DNA from: Octopus vulgaris
Lineage: Eukaryota
NCBI GenBank assembly: GCA_951406725.2
Contig: OX597814.1
Coordinates: forward strand, 184,326,001-184,390,000
Length of the DNA stretch: 64,000 nucleotides
Reading direction: 5' to 3'
Of this stretch, positions 38,184 through 52,205 are shown piece by piece (position 1 is the first letter of the stretch; each line of letters starts with the position of its first letter). The notes beneath the pieces are model-generated. The model searched no databases, was not told the DNA's origin, and saw nothing but the letters and a program-made list of their open reading frames with translations. The position numbers were made by a program, and so were the translations under genes.

Positions 38184-39882
38184 TCTCGGGAGGGGCCATG
38201 GGAAGGAGGATGGGCCCAAACTATGCGAACCTGTTCGTTGGCTTCGTTGAGGCTCAAATATTTTCATGATTCACCGGTTCCACTCCCGAACTATACGATC
38301 GCTGTGTTGATGACTGTATCAGTGCGACCTCACTCTCCTGTGAACAACTAGACTCTTTCCTCTCTTTTGTTCAATCATTCCATCCTGCCATCGAATTCTC
38401 CTGCACCATTTCCAACACTTCCGTCTCCTTTCTCGATATTTCGGTCAACATACACAACTCCGCTCTCACTACCTTCATCCACTACAAACACACCGACTCA
38501 CACTCATACCTCAACTTCTCCTCCTCCCACTCTACCCACACCAAGCTCTCCATCCCTTACTCCCAATTCCTCCGTCTGTGCAGACTCAGTCTCAACTCAT
38601 GGCTAGTCACTTCCTCCTTCGTGGATATCCCCTCAACACTATCCACACCGCCCTTGCCAGAGCACGTGCCGTGGACCGTGCCTCTGCTCTCTCTCCTAGC
38701 ACTCGCCCACCATTGCCCGTCTCCCATTCCTCCTCACCTACCACTCCTCACCCTGCCCCTCCAAAGCACCATTCTCCGAGCCTTCCGGCGGCTCCAGTCC
38801 GACCCCTCCACTTCGCACATCTTCCCTAACCTACCCCTTCCCTCCTTCAAACTATCCCACAATCTACGTGACCTCCTGGACCACAGTGTCTTCCCTAACC
38901 CCATCTCTCAATGTGGATCGTTACCCTTCTCCCGCTCACGCTGTAGCACTTGCCCCAACCTCTCCAACACCACCATCCTCACAGGCACCCATCATCGTCC
39001 CTATCATATCATTGACTCTTTTACCTGCAATTCTAGTAACGTCATTTACTGTATCTCCTGTTCTTTCTGTCCTTCTCTGTACATCGGTGAAACTGGACGC
39101 CGCTTCGCTGACCGGTTCGCGGAGCACCTCCGAGACATTAAACGCAGCAATCACACCCTGGTATCGTCCCATTTCCGATCTACCGGTCATTCATTACAAC
39201 ACCTGTCTGTGTTCGGATTGATTTTGCACAGGGGCCATCTGGACTCTCGCCTTCGCCGTGAACAGGATTTAATCTTCTCTCTTCGCTCTTTGTGCCACAT
39301 TGGCTCAACTCCCCTCCCCTCTTCATCTGACTCCGCTCCTCTACTCTCTTCATTTCACCTACTTCCTCTCTTCACTCCTACCCACCTTCTCCCTTCATTG
39401 ATACCCCACTCGCACATACCCCACTCCTACCTCCACATCCTCACACTACTCCCAGATCCTCACCCCAGCCCCACATGCTCATCCCATCCCCATATCCTCA
39501 CCCCATATACACACCCCACCCTTACACCCCCACAACCCACACCGCCATACTACACACCAGCAAACCACATCAAACTACCCCACACCACTCCGCGCACACG
39601 CACGCACGCACGCGCACCTTCGTTTTGGGATCACCAGTAGTTTATTATCCCCGCTTCTTCCTAGCACTCTTGTCTAACTACCTTTGTTCAACCAGTCGCC
39701 ACGACTCACCGTTAACTCCGCAAGTTTTTATTCTCACTCTGTTTATTTCCTCGTGTTCCTTTCTGTTGAAGAGCGTAGCCTCGAAACGTAAAAGACTTTC
39801 TCAACCCGGGCGACGAACTCAGACACCTACTTGTTGTTTATACACTTGTCTTCGCCTTTTGTTTTTCTCTAAATTTCAACTA
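38182..39882 (+). mobile_element. 5'-truncated Penelope-like element: RT plus GIY-YIG pseudogene and 3' pseudo-LTR
   Basis: GGAMGRRMGPNYANLFVG, RCVDD, FLDI, HYKHTDSHSYL, SIPYSQFLRL, RGYP, RSRCSTC, FTCNSSNVIYCISCSFCPSLYIGETGRRFADRFAEH. Stop at 38267 and frameshifts. Flanked by (TA)n. Confidence 0.95.
39759..39794 (+). ncRNA. Minimal hammerhead-like motif in the PLE pseudo-LTR (A6U core variant)
   Basis: CUUU-CUGUUGA-A-GAG-CGUAGC-CUC-GAAA-CGUA-AAAG. Confidence 0.55.
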
Positions 39883-39919
39883 TATATATATACTGCATAT
39901 AAATGTATATATATATACA

Positions 39920-39977
<58 letters not shown>

Positions 39978-40219
39978 GATGTATGTATATATGTTTCTAC
40001 ATGAGCATCTAAACCTATGCACTTGACCGTATTAATGGTTCATAGCGTAAAATTGGTGTATAAATGTAGAGTGATAAAATGAGCACCTAAATGAAATAAA
40101 TTTTAGTGTTGATGCGGTCAAGTATATATATATATGAAAGCAAAAGAAAAAAAATACTTGAAATCACCAGAGGCAGAAATTCAATTACTGACACTATTAA
40201 AAGATTAACAGAAAGAAGA

Positions 40220-40250
<31 letters not shown>

Positions 40251-41499
40251 AGCACACATGTGTTTCTGAGCGTCTGCGTATGTGTGGGTGTGACTGTTTT
40301 GGAATACCTGTGTGTATTCATGAATGTGTTTGCACTTAAGCAGCTGTGTGTATTTAAATACACTACATTTAAGTGTCTGTGGTTATGTGTATCGCTGCAT
40401 GATTCAAGTACCCCGTCAGTGAGCTGAGTGTGCGTCAAAATTGAATTACTGGTTTGTTGAAGTAGTTTCCCACACTCAGTCAGCCACAAGCGTCATAATA
40501 TTTGCCATTTTTTGTTATTAGATAGAAACTTTCGGAATTTTGGAAGTATTTTCTCAGTACAACTAGTTTTTTTTGTTCTTTTTAAGTTTCACTTTGAAAA
40601 CTTATCTAATCAATGGAGGTGTTTATTTATTTATTGCATACGCAGTTATTTGTTCACCAATCAATCTTGCAAAACCCGCATCGGCTAACTGCAACGAATC
40701 AACGATGACGACGGCGATGATGACCACGTCGTCGAGGAGAACGCCGACAGAGAAGATAAGTGTGTGAAGGAGGAAGAAGAAGAATTTTGCTATAATATAA
40801 ACTGAAGTGACAGGCAGATGTAGATCTTGATAATTTCTCTCGCGATGTTTTCGTTTGTGAATGAGTGTTGCGAATGTTATAAATAGAACAGGTGTTGAAA
40901 GAGTTAATTTAATTTAGTTGATGAGTATTATATCTGTGGAAGTGACATGTAACCTTCTCTTCGATTCCTTTCAGAAATCATTGACAAGGTGAAGAAAAAC
41001 TCGCTTAGGTTATAATCATTGAGAATTGTTCGAGCTAAATATAGGAAAAAGAAGCTGGTTCGTAAAAGTAAAAGATTCAATTAGTCTCAGTATTAGATTC
41101 CTCTATTTTCGTACAAAAATTATCTGTGGATGTCTAGTACCCAACGTCTGTAACTCAAGTGATGTATTTTTTTTCTTTATTTTGTCTGCAGAAATGTTTT
41201 TAACATTCAATACGAAAATTTAGTACTATCCTCTGATGAAGTATTTTAAACTGAAAATGAAAATGATTGATTTATATCTCGAAATATTTTAATATTTTAA
41301 AAGTCAAAACTATTAATTCTTTATTTTAGTATAAAGCTAAATTGTCTAATACTTTGAAAGCACTCACCATGAAATAACGATCAATATCTTTGAAGATATT
41401 CATCAAGACTTAGATCATGGATTTTGGTTTGTTAAAAATATAGCATTGGAAGTAAATGCTCATGGCGGATATAATAAAAAGAAAGCAATATCTGGATAA

Positions 41500-42115
41500 T
41501 AAACGAAATCTGTGTTCTAGTTTGAAATCAATTGTATACATCATTGAAGACCCTACTAAACTATCACCCAAATTAGAGATACTGCAATCAAAAGACAAAC
41601 GTAACGTTGTATCTGATGAGCTATCAGTCAACCCAGAAAGGACAAAGAGGAGGGTAATATGCATTTCTACAAAGAAACAATACGTAGAATCAAATTTAGA
41701 TAGCTGGAAATCTTATAATTCCATTAATCATCATCCAAAAGTCATTGCCATTTGTTACTTCTGTGCAAGAACTAAATTAATTTAATTCATCCATCTGATA
41801 GATAGTCGAAGGAATAAAGGTTTGAGAAAATGTTCATTACGAACCAGATTGCAGTTAAAGATATCATTCAATGTTCTGAAAGAGTAAAGTCAGATGTACC
41901 TAAACAAAGAATTTCCCTCCTTATATTATCATATCATCACGTATTTCATCATTTATCTACATAGAAGGATAAACATCATTTTGGAAGGTATTCACATTAT
42001 ATATCCAAAGCTCTTTAGATATATAAATGAAGGTAGCATCTTGGCAAATTGGATTCTAATTGTATGGATAACAGGCCATAGACAAATCTTATGGGATCAA
42101 TTATGGACCACTGCT
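41500..42115 (+). mobile_element. Possible ancient Ty3/gypsy pol remnant (RNase H end and integrase start)
   Basis: LEILQSKDKRNVVSDELSVNP resembles EI.Y.KGK.NVVADALSRNP; downstream YPKLFRYINE.SI and a frameshifted MDIMGPL-like segment near 42091-42113. Confidence 0.35.
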
Positions 42116-42194
42116 GTTCCGTCATTGCACCAATTATGACATTGCTGTTAATTCAGAATAAATAAAAATTATTTGAAAGGTAGTTTTAAAAAAG

Positions 42195-42349
42195 GATTGC
42201 CTGTGTGGTATGTAGCTTGCTTACCAACCACATGGTTCCGGGTTCAGTCTCACTGCGTGGCACTTTGGGTGAGTGGCTTCTACTATAGCTTCGGGCCGAT
42301 CAAAGCCTTGTGAGTGGATTTGGTAGACGGAAAATCAAAGAAGCCCGTC

Positions 42350-42422
<73 letters not shown>

Positions 42423-42440
42423 CGTGTGTGTGTGTGTGTC

Positions 42441-42471
<31 letters not shown>

Positions 42472-42682
42472 ATGTATGTATGTATGTATGTGTGTGTATA
42501 CGTTTGTGTGTCTGTGCTTGTCACAACAACGTCGCTTGACAACCGATGCTGGTGTGTTTACTTGCCCGTAACTTAGCGGTTCGGCAAAAGAGACCGATAG
42601 AATAAGTACTAGGCTTACAAAGAATAAGTCGTCGGGTCGATTTGCTCGACTAAAGGCGATGACTGAAACAAGTAAAAGAGTA
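42195..42682 (+). mobile_element. SINE family A, near full length
   Basis: Head, internal microsatellite, and tail with a small deletion. Confidence 0.9.
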
Positions 42683-42840
42683 ATGAGACTGATTGGGGTA
42701 ACAAGAATATAGGAGTAGTTAGATTTATTGTAAAGTTCGAATTAACAAGGACTGGAGTTAAGCTGTAAAGGGAAAGATGAAACTCCATGTAACTCTCATT
42801 TTAACGAAGCACCTTACATTTTGTAGTAGTAGTAGTTGTT

Positions 42841-42903
<63 letters not shown>

Positions 42904-43009
42904 TGAAAGGCATTGTCAGTTACAGAGCGAAGTTAGCAGGAAATCAAAGCAATAAGATTCAACTCGTTTCGGGGTAACTCTTGTTATTTTGTATTCTAAA
43001 ATTAACTTA

Positions 43010-43633
43010 TATTGGTTCCAAATGCTGGCGCAAGGCCGGCAATTTCAGGGGAGGGGAGTCAATCGATTAAATCAATCTCAGTGCTTAACTTTTATCCCTT
43101 AAAGGGAAGAAAGGCAAAGTCGACATCCATGTAATTTGAATTCAGAGCGCAAAGACGGACGAATGCCGCTAAGAATTACACCTAATGCGATAACGACTCT
43201 GCCAGCTCGCCACCTTAAGTTACCCTTAGTTATCGATTTCAAATTTTGGTACAAGGTCACTAAGTTCGGAGAAGGGAATGAGTCGATTACTTCGGCCACA
43301 GTGTTCAACTGGTACTTATTCTATCGGCCCCGAAAGGTTGAAAGGCAAAGTCGACCTCAGTAGAATTTGAACTCCGAACGTAAAGACGGACGGAATACCT
43401 ATTTCTTTACTGCCCACAAGGGGCCAAACACAGAGAGGACAAACAAGGACAGACAAACGGATTATGTCGATTATATCGACCCCAGTGCGTAACTGGTCCT
43501 TATTTTATCGGCCCCGAAAGGATAACAGGCAAAATCGACCTCGGTAGAATTTGAACTCCGAACGTAAAGACGGACGGAATACCGCTAAGCATTTCATCCG
43601 GCGTATAATGATCTGCTTGCTCACCGTTTTTAA
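43010..43633 (-). mobile_element. SINE family B dimer plus adjacent monomer
   Basis: Junction GAATACCTATTTCTTT near 43393; heads at about 43218 and 43633. Confidence 0.88.
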
Positions 43634-43717
43634 GTTTGGTTTATATTTTATGATGCCTTATTTAGAGAACAGCATAGCTGCGTCTAAATTCATTATCGTA
43701 CTGGATGTGCATGTGCA

Positions 43718-43978
<261 letters not shown>

Positions 43979-44492
43979 AAGGTCCTAAATTTCTTCCATT
44001 TTACTTTTAATCAGCGAAGAATCCTTTCATTTCAGATTTTAAGAGATTTCACTTTCAAAATATTTCTAATCAATCGGAGTATGATAATTATTTATTTATT
44101 ACACACTCCGTTAATTATTCACCAATCAATTTTTACAAACGCCTTGATTGATGACCCTGTATACAAACATGCTATATTGATGATGACGATGATGATGATG
44201 ATGATGATGATGGTGACCACTACCATAATCATCATCATCATCATGAGGAAGATAGAGAAGGAAGATAAAATCCATCGTCGGCGAACTGACGGAAGTGATA
44301 AACACATGTAGACCGTACACTTGAGTGTAATTTTTACTCTTTGTTCAATTTATAGCGATACTGGCTTATTTTAGTTTGAAACTTCTTCACATCTTTATGA
44401 GTTTCTTATTAAAACACTTGTAAACAAATCTGTCACACTCTCCATTTCCCTTTTCTCCTTCTATTTGTGTCATCAATATTTTAACCTCTCTT

Positions 44493-45100
44493 AAGGCGGC
44501 GACCAGGCAGAATTGTTAGCAAGCCGGGCAAAATGCTTAGCGGTATTTTGGCCGTCTTTATCTTTTGAGTTCTAATTCCGCCGAGGTCGACTTTGCCTTT
44601 CATCCTTTCGGGGTCGATAAATTAAGTACCAGTTACGCACTGGGGTTGATATAATCGACTTAATCCGTTTGTCTGTCCTTGTTTGTCCTCTCTGTGTTTA
44701 GCCCCTTGTGGGTAGTAAAGAAATAGGTATTTCTTCTGCCGTTACGTTCTGAGTTCCAATACCACTGAGGTTGACTTTGCCTTTCATCCTTTCGGGGTCG
44801 ATAAATTAAGTGCCAGTTACGCACTGGGGTCGATGTAATCGACTTAATCCCTTTGTCTGTCCCCTCTATGTTTAGCCCTTAGTGGGCAATAAAGAAATAA
44901 GAAACGTTAGCACGCCGGGTGAAATGCTTAGTGGTATCTCGTCTGGTCTTTACGTTCTGAGTTCAAATTTCGCCGAGGTCGACTTTGCCTTTCATCTTTT
45001 CAGGATCAATAAATTAAGTAACAGTTGCGTACTGGGGTCGATCTAATCGACTGGCCCCCTCACCCAAAGTTTCGGGCCTTGTGCCCAGAGTAGGAAAGAA
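44493..45100 (+). mobile_element. SINE family B trimer
   Basis: Junctions AAAGAAATA|GGTATTTC (about 44726) and AAAGAAATA|AGAAACGTTAGC (about 44900); last unit has the alternative tail. Confidence 0.92.
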
Positions 45101-45365
45101 TATTTTTATCTATCACACGCGTCCTCTCATCTTCTCAAATCTGCGCTTTCAGAACATAAACTTAACGATTACACATACACATACTACACATTGAACCCCT
45201 ACTAACGCACAACGCTATACTAGCAAACTGGGATACATTTACACATGTGCACGCATCCAACAAAACCATACTCAGACCACTCCTCATTTTATTGGCTCCG
45301 TGACAAACGTACACCTACTTACTTGCTCATACACACTTACTTTCTTATATATATATATATATATA

Positions 45366-45470
45366 TAGTGACAAAGCTATAGGACGCAGAGTGAAGCCGC
45401 TTGGCACAGATTGACCTTGGCTTCTGCTATGCATGTGCACTAATTTTTAACGTTCTAGCTCACTTCCCCT
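45366..45470 (+). mobile_element. Mariner subterminal fragment
   Basis: Homologous to 26900-26982. Confidence 0.55.
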
Positions 45471-45582
45471 GCAGTACAGCATTCTCACATGATTTCTAAT
45501 CCATTGTCGTTCTTTCTCTCTATCTCTTTCTCTCCCTCTCTCTCTGCTGTTCCTCTTTCTCACCCTCTCAAGTATTTCCTTT

Positions 45583-45616
45583 ATCCTGACGAAAGACTAA
45601 CGTCGGAAACGTTGAT
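45583..45616 (+). ncRNA. Minimal type I hammerhead-like motif with canonical CUGANGA box
   Basis: AUC-CUGACGA-AA-GAC-UAAC-GUC-G-GAAA-CGUU-GAU, after a pyrimidine-rich tract like a PLE 3' UTR. Confidence 0.6.
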
Positions 45617-47049
45617 TTGCTTCCTCTTTCCATTAGAATATTAAGAAAATATTGTTTGTTAAACCTATTCCATCCATAGTGTCTTTTTTTTTAGTGTTTC
45701 TACTATCTACACTACATGTATATAAAGTACATATTTAACATTTATATAATGGACACACTCAGATACACACACGAACATACAAAATATACACACACTCACA
45801 CACACACAAACTCGCTCACACACAGACATACACATATATATATTATGTGTGTTTATATAAAGTGTAAACAAAGAGAATTCACTCCTTGACCCAACAGATA
45901 TCATTTTTGGTAAATACTAGTGAATTTCTTATTTCATTTGAACGGAGTTTGCTTCACAATATCATATTCAGAGGCAGGTCAATGTATCTTACAGAAGTCT
46001 GTGCCAAAAGCAATACTAAATCTATCAAAATGAAGTCCAATAAGATTGGATGTGATGTCTCCGTCTAAGATTTCGGTGAAATATCTTCATCTAACTTTAA
46101 AATGATTTATTTATCAGATCGCAATGTTAAACATGGTTTGCTAACAATAATTGAGTTTCCTAGTCCGTTATTTCTTTTATAATTACTCTTTATAATGTTA
46201 AATGTACAGAATACAATATACAATGAACTAAGCCAAATTTCAATATGGGAAAAAGACAAATACTCCACCAACCCACCGATGCTAAGTAGAAAAAGTTATG
46301 CTTTTATATATATGTATTTACTTCAAGTTGTTTATCTCATCCTTTATTCTTTTAGTCAAGAGCGCCAGCATGTATGACGCACCATATTTTATCAGGTTTT
46401 GTATTAATCTTACTCATTTTATCTCCGGGGAATATTTTGGATAGATTTCTATACAAAGATTTGGAAAGCAGTTACTAAGCATCCCGTCTCGGGAATTTTT
46501 GTTAATATTACATAACAATACTAGTTTGTTTTATGTGTTGAAAGTAAATTACAGAATAATAAAATAAGTATTAATATTTCTGAAAGGATTTCTGTAAATA
46601 TTCATCCCTTGAATATAATACAATAAAAAAAGCCTCTGCCCTATCACTCAACCTGATGAAATAGCAGCCAAATATCCCTCAACCAACAACTCACATCTCA
46701 TAAAATGGATGATTCACGGGATAAAAGTCGAGTCATGCTGAAATATCAATAACATTTCTAATTTTCTAGCTTCTACAGTTTTGAATGGACATCATTAAAA
46801 GTCAGAACAAGAGAACAGTCAAGAATTATTGGACTTCATTGGACCTTGTAGGAACGCTGTTGCTGTTTTTCTTATCACACTAACTGTAAACCATATGCTT
46901 TGATGCCAACTTGATTTAAGACAGCTGAAATGCGTTCATGCAAGCATCACGCAAACACCACCCAAATGAAAACAGACACAGGTGTAAATTCGTACGCACA
47001 CATATATAGAATAATGCAGACACTCAGATACACACGCATAATATATATA

Positions 47050-47608
47050 CAGGCTTGGCTGTATTGTAGGAAGCTTGCTTCCCAACTATATAGATCCGGC
47101 TTCAGTCCTACTGCGTGGCACCTTGGGTAAGTGCCTTGTGCTTACAGCGTTGGTCCGACCAAATCCTTGAACGGAAACTGAAAGAAGGTTTGAGGGAAGA
47201 GGAAAAGCTTAGAGAGAAACATAATAACAAAGAAAATCATAATAACATGGTAATAACAGAGTAATATTTCAAGGATAAAGAAAAGAACATTTTATTTTGA
47301 TGCTTAAAGTAGTAAACTCTCTCAGCAGAAAAAAAGGTGATTTTAATAAACCGATAATTAAATTTCTGAAGTTATGCATCAGGTACAATGCTCATGTTGC
47401 TAACTACGGGGCAAAAATGAAGATAGGGAAAAATGAAGGTATAGAAAGGGACGTTAGACTTTCAAATAAATTTTCATCCTGCTTTTAACAGATTTCTAAC
47501 GACTCAGCCTATTCCGTTACCTAGAGTTAGGAGAAGTCATTTTCCCCCGTGTAGTTTTAGACTTTTTTATTTATTTTTCTGAAAGGAATTCATTTTGGGA
47601 CCGTATAC

Positions 47609-47641
<33 letters not shown>

Positions 47642-47920
47642 TGTATGTATGTATGTATGTATGTATGTATGTATGTATGTATGTATGTATGTATGTGTAT
47701 TCATACACACACACAACACACACACAAACATATATGTTTATACACACGTATGTATATGCATCTACATATACACTTATATAAATAAGCATATATAAGAGAC
47801 CGATAAAATAAGTACTGGGCTTACAAAAGAATAAGTCCTGGGGTCGATTTGCTCGATTAAAGGCAGTGCTTCAGCATGGCCACAGTCAAATGACTGAAAC
47901 AAGTAAAAGAGTAAAAGAGA

Positions 47921-47922
<2 letters not shown>
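47050..47922 (+). mobile_element. Two SINE family A fragments (5' half 47050-47187; 3' part 47795-47922)
   Basis: Family A head and tail motifs. Confidence 0.75.
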
Positions 47923-48005
<83 letters not shown>

Positions 48006-48786
48006 CAACCAATGCATCCCGGTGTTGCCTGGCCATTAATACCGACAACCATATTGTATTATTTGTTCCTTTCTTATGGGAAGAATCAGCACAGCTGATA
48101 TAAAGTGAAATGTATTGCTGGCGTAATGCCAGTTGTCATTTGTTTAAAAGTGAGGGTGGGGGCTACAATTTGTATGAATTTGCATGAAAGTGCTTTCCTT
48201 TCTTAAGAAGGATCACTAGCTATGTAATGTTTCATCGTATAAAAGGGGGTTAATACAATTTTACCCAGAGATCACGTTTTTCAAAATTTTAGTTTCCCCT
48301 CGTCCACACCGCAATTTCTTAATTTGTTTCATTTTATGATTTTCTCTTTTTATTCATGTACAAAAATACTGAGATTACAAATCTGGGAAATATATATATT
48401 TTTTAAATTTTAATTTCTCTTAAAGGAACACTCCCTTTTATATATATGGAGGTGTCCCTGTCTGTCGTTTTCTCTGGCCGTCTCTCACATTCCCCGTGTG
48501 TCTATCTCTTACTGTCTCTGCCCCATCCCTAATATCAGCCACCCTCATTATACCACATATTCCTGAACCTAAAATTTGTGCACCCCCTTCATTTTATCAT
48601 GTAATATCCCAACTCCCGTAATCGGTCCATTATCAATTTTTCTTGAAATTCAGTTAGCCTGTATTTGAACTGGAAGTTTGTTCAACATCTATACAAATTT
48701 TGGTGAAGATTGGTTCCCTGGTTTCGGCAGCAAGATGGTAACAAACAGACGGACAGACAGACAGAATTTGCAATTTATATATAAGA
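48006..48786 (-). mobile_element. Non-autonomous Helitron
   Basis: Minus strand starts A|TCTTATATATAAA with a (TCTG)n tract; ends in hairpin CCAGGCAACACCGGG and a degenerate CTAG (GTTG)|T. Confidence 0.7.
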
Positions 48787-48797
48787 TACATACATAT

Positions 48798-48962
48798 AGG
48801 CGCAGGAGTGGCTGTGTGGTAAATAGCTTGCTTACCAACCACAAGGTTCCGAGTTCAGTCCCACTGCGTAGCACCTTGGGCAAGTGTCTTCTACTATAGC
48901 CTCGGGCCGATCAAAGCCTTCTGAATGGATTTGGTAGACGGAAACTGAAAGAAGCCCGTCGT
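48798..48962 (+). mobile_element. SINE family A 5' half ending in the microsatellite
   Basis: Family A head. Confidence 0.88.
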
Positions 48963-49022
<60 letters not shown>

Positions 49023-49132
49023 ATACATACATACATGCATGCATGCATACATACATGCATGCATGCAAACATACATACATACATACATACATACATACAT
49101 ACATACATACATACATGCATATGTGTGTGTGT

Positions 49133-49166
<34 letters not shown>

Positions 49167-49701
49167 CTGTGTGAGTGAGTGTATGCATTACTGAGAGAGT
49201 GGAAGAGGTAAGATGGAAAGAGGGTAGAAAAATAGCGAGATAGAAAAGGGAATGCGATTGAGTTGTGAGGAGCCGAGTCGATAGGGTCCATTTATTTGAG
49301 GAAATGATCAGCAATTCATAATCTGCAAAAGCCTTTAAAACTCAATTGCCCATTACATTTAGCCGTAAGTAGTCAGTAGCTTGCTACGAGGTAAAATAGT
49401 ACAACACCCCACTGTAGAGGTATCATGAGAGTGATTTGCTTGCATTTCTGCATTCAGTTCCTCTCAAGAGAATATTTTCGAGATGGAAGGACTTCACAAG
49501 ACTCGTTTGCTTTTAGGTGCACAGTTTGATAGTTTCGGTGCGTTTTGGACCACTTATTCGTTTATATATTTCACTCTGGCGTTCACTCTCTCTCTATATA
49601 TATATGTTTCAGTATATAAATATGATAAACGTCTGAATACATATCAGATATTGTATTAATAGAGGAAACAATGAAAGAACTAGTGATGATGATGATGATG
49701 T

Positions 49702-49735
<34 letters not shown>

Positions 49736-49854
49736 AATGATCATGATCATGATCATGATCATAATCATCATCATTATCATCAACATACCTCTGTTGTTGC
49801 TGTTGCTGCTTCTACTGCTGCTGCCACCAGCACCACCACTACTACTACTACTAC

Positions 49855-50242
49855 TCTTTTTCTTTTTTACATCTTTCAGTCATTTTGACTGCGGCCATGC
49901 TGGAGCACCGCCTTTAGTCTAGCAAATCATCCCCAGGACTTATTCTTTGTAAGCCTAGTACTTATTCTATCGGTCTCTTTTTGCCGAACCGCTAAGTTAC
50001 GGGAACGTAAATACACCAGCATCGGTTGTCAAGCGATGCTGGGAACACACACACACACACACACAAACATATACATGCACATACATATATATATATATAC
50101 GACGGGCTTCTTTCAATTTCCGTCTATCAAATCCACTCACAAGGCTTTCGTCGGCCCGAGGCTGACACTTGCCCAAGGTGCCACGCAGTGGCAATGAACC
50201 CGGAACCATGTGGTTGGTAAACAAGCTACTTACCACACAGCC
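49855..50242 (-). mobile_element. SINE family A, full length
   Basis: Head, microsatellite and tail. Confidence 0.9.
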
Positions 50243-50273
50243 ACTCCTGCGTCTAATAATAATAATAATAATG

Positions 50274-50308
<35 letters not shown>

Positions 50309-50374
50309 TCATTCTTCTTTTCCTTCTTCTTCTTCTTCTCCTTCTTCTTCTTCTTCTTCTTCTTCTTCTTCTGT

Positions 50375-50444
<70 letters not shown>

Positions 50445-50719
50445 CATCATTATTATTATTCAATATACATTGAATAGGAGGATTACAGATATGTGAGGGT
50501 ATGACAGACAAATATAAAGACGCGATATGGAATTAGTAATGTGACAAGTAAAAAGTTTATTAACAGAAATAATTCCATAGAAATAAATTAAAATCTATAA
50601 TAAAACGAATGTAATTTAGATATAAACATAAAAAAGTATTTAGAAATCCCACAGGTACACGGCTGAAAAACCACAAAATAAGTCGATTAGGGCACTTGGT
50701 ACTTCTGTCTACTCCAATC

Positions 50720-50935
50720 TAGCCTGCTGGTAGAATCGTTACAGCGCCAGAAAAAGCTGCGTAGCAGCATTTTTTACGTACGTATGTTCTGAGTTCAAAT
50801 TTAGTAGCGATCGACTTCAGCTTTCATCCTTTCGGGATCGATAAGATAAGTACCAGTTGAACATTGGGGCCAAATGAAATCAACTTCCACGCTCTCCTGA
50901 AATTTCTGGCCCTTTGTTAAAATCTGAAACCAATG
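50720..50935 (+). mobile_element. Diverged SINE family B
   Basis: CTGAGTTCAAAT..GCTTTCATCCTTTCGGGATCGATAA. Confidence 0.72.
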
Positions 50936-51075
50936 TTTATATCCGCCCACCGTGACTCCAAACGTAATGCAGCCTCGCGTCCCACAAAACTGCCCGTTAA
51001 TACTTTTATGGGTAGATTGGAGTTGATAATAACTCATGTGTTCAAGATGCATGCATGTATACATACATACATACA

Positions 51076-51109
<34 letters not shown>

Positions 51110-51174
51110 CATACATATCTGAAATTATTGTCTTCACGTTCTGAGTTCAACTTCCCCCGAGATCGACTGCTGCA

Positions 51175-51218
<44 letters not shown>

Positions 51219-51232
51219 CACTACAACTAACG

Positions 51233-51286
<54 letters not shown>

Positions 51287-51294
51287 ATACCGCC

Positions 51295-51326
<32 letters not shown>

Positions 51327-51333
51327 CACCACC

Positions 51334-51366
<33 letters not shown>

Positions 51367-51369
<3 letters not shown>

Positions 51370-51858
51370 TATGTTTGATAAAATAAAAGTTATTTACCTA
51401 AGTAAATCAACTGCTTCAAAATAGTCATTTTGTGCAGCAATACACCGATCCCAACGTTTCTGCCGCTTTTGGAATCCGGCTTAGAAGTCGTTTTCCGTAA
51501 TCGACTCGAGGATCTTCTGCGATTCGTTCTGGATCTCGACAATGGTGGTAAAACGGCGACCTTTGAGCCGCATTTTCATCTTGGAGAAGTAATGGAAGTC
51601 TGCAGGTGCTAAATCTGGCGAGTAGGGCGAATGCAGAAGCGATACCATGTTGTCTTTGGCGAGAATCTCACTATAGAGGAAAGCTCGTAGAAGAATTCAA
51701 TTCTTCGATCTCCACAGATTCGGTAGCTTTCATCAAATGTCTTTCCACAAACGTTTCAAAACGTCGCAGTAGAACTTTCGATTGATGACCTGGTCCTGGG
51801 GAAGGAACACTCGATGTGCAATACCACATTTTTAAGCGTGACGGTCGTGGCAGGTGCT
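51367..51858 (-). mobile_element. Mariner remnant (3' part), paralogue of 57167-57660
   Basis: Collinear with the 57 kb copy; encodes SPYSPDLAPADF. Confidence 0.9.
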
Positions 51859-51861
51859 TAC

Positions 51862-52205
51862 TTTGTAGACCCCAAACGGATGAAAGGTAAAGTCGACCTC
51901 GCCAGAAATTGAACCTAAAACCTAAAGACAGACGAAAAGCTGCTAAGCATTTTTCTCGGCGTCCTAACAACAATAACCACAATTGTACTGGTTTCAAATT
52001 TTGGTACAAATTGGGCCAGTGCGAGGGAGGGGGATAGTCAATTACATCGACTCCAGTATTCAACTGGTACTTATTTTATCGACTCCCGAAATATGAAACG
52101 GAAAGTCGATTTCGGGGGAACTTGAACTCAGAACGTGAAAATAAATGAAATGCCGCTAAGCATTTTGTCCGGGGTGCTAACGATGCTGCCAGCTCATCAC
52201 CGTTA
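51862..52205 (-). mobile_element. Two diverged SINE family B copies
   Basis: Family B core motifs. Confidence 0.75.

Noticed and set aside
38621-39640. 339-aa ORF as an intact host GIY-YIG gene
   Set aside because: Part of a truncated, frameshifted PLE; the C-terminal part is read-through into the UTR.
41233-41260. CTGATGA-AGT-attttaa-ACT-GAAA canonical hammerhead core
   Set aside because: No stem III, cleavage triplet or stem I partner follows; likely chance in AT-rich DNA.
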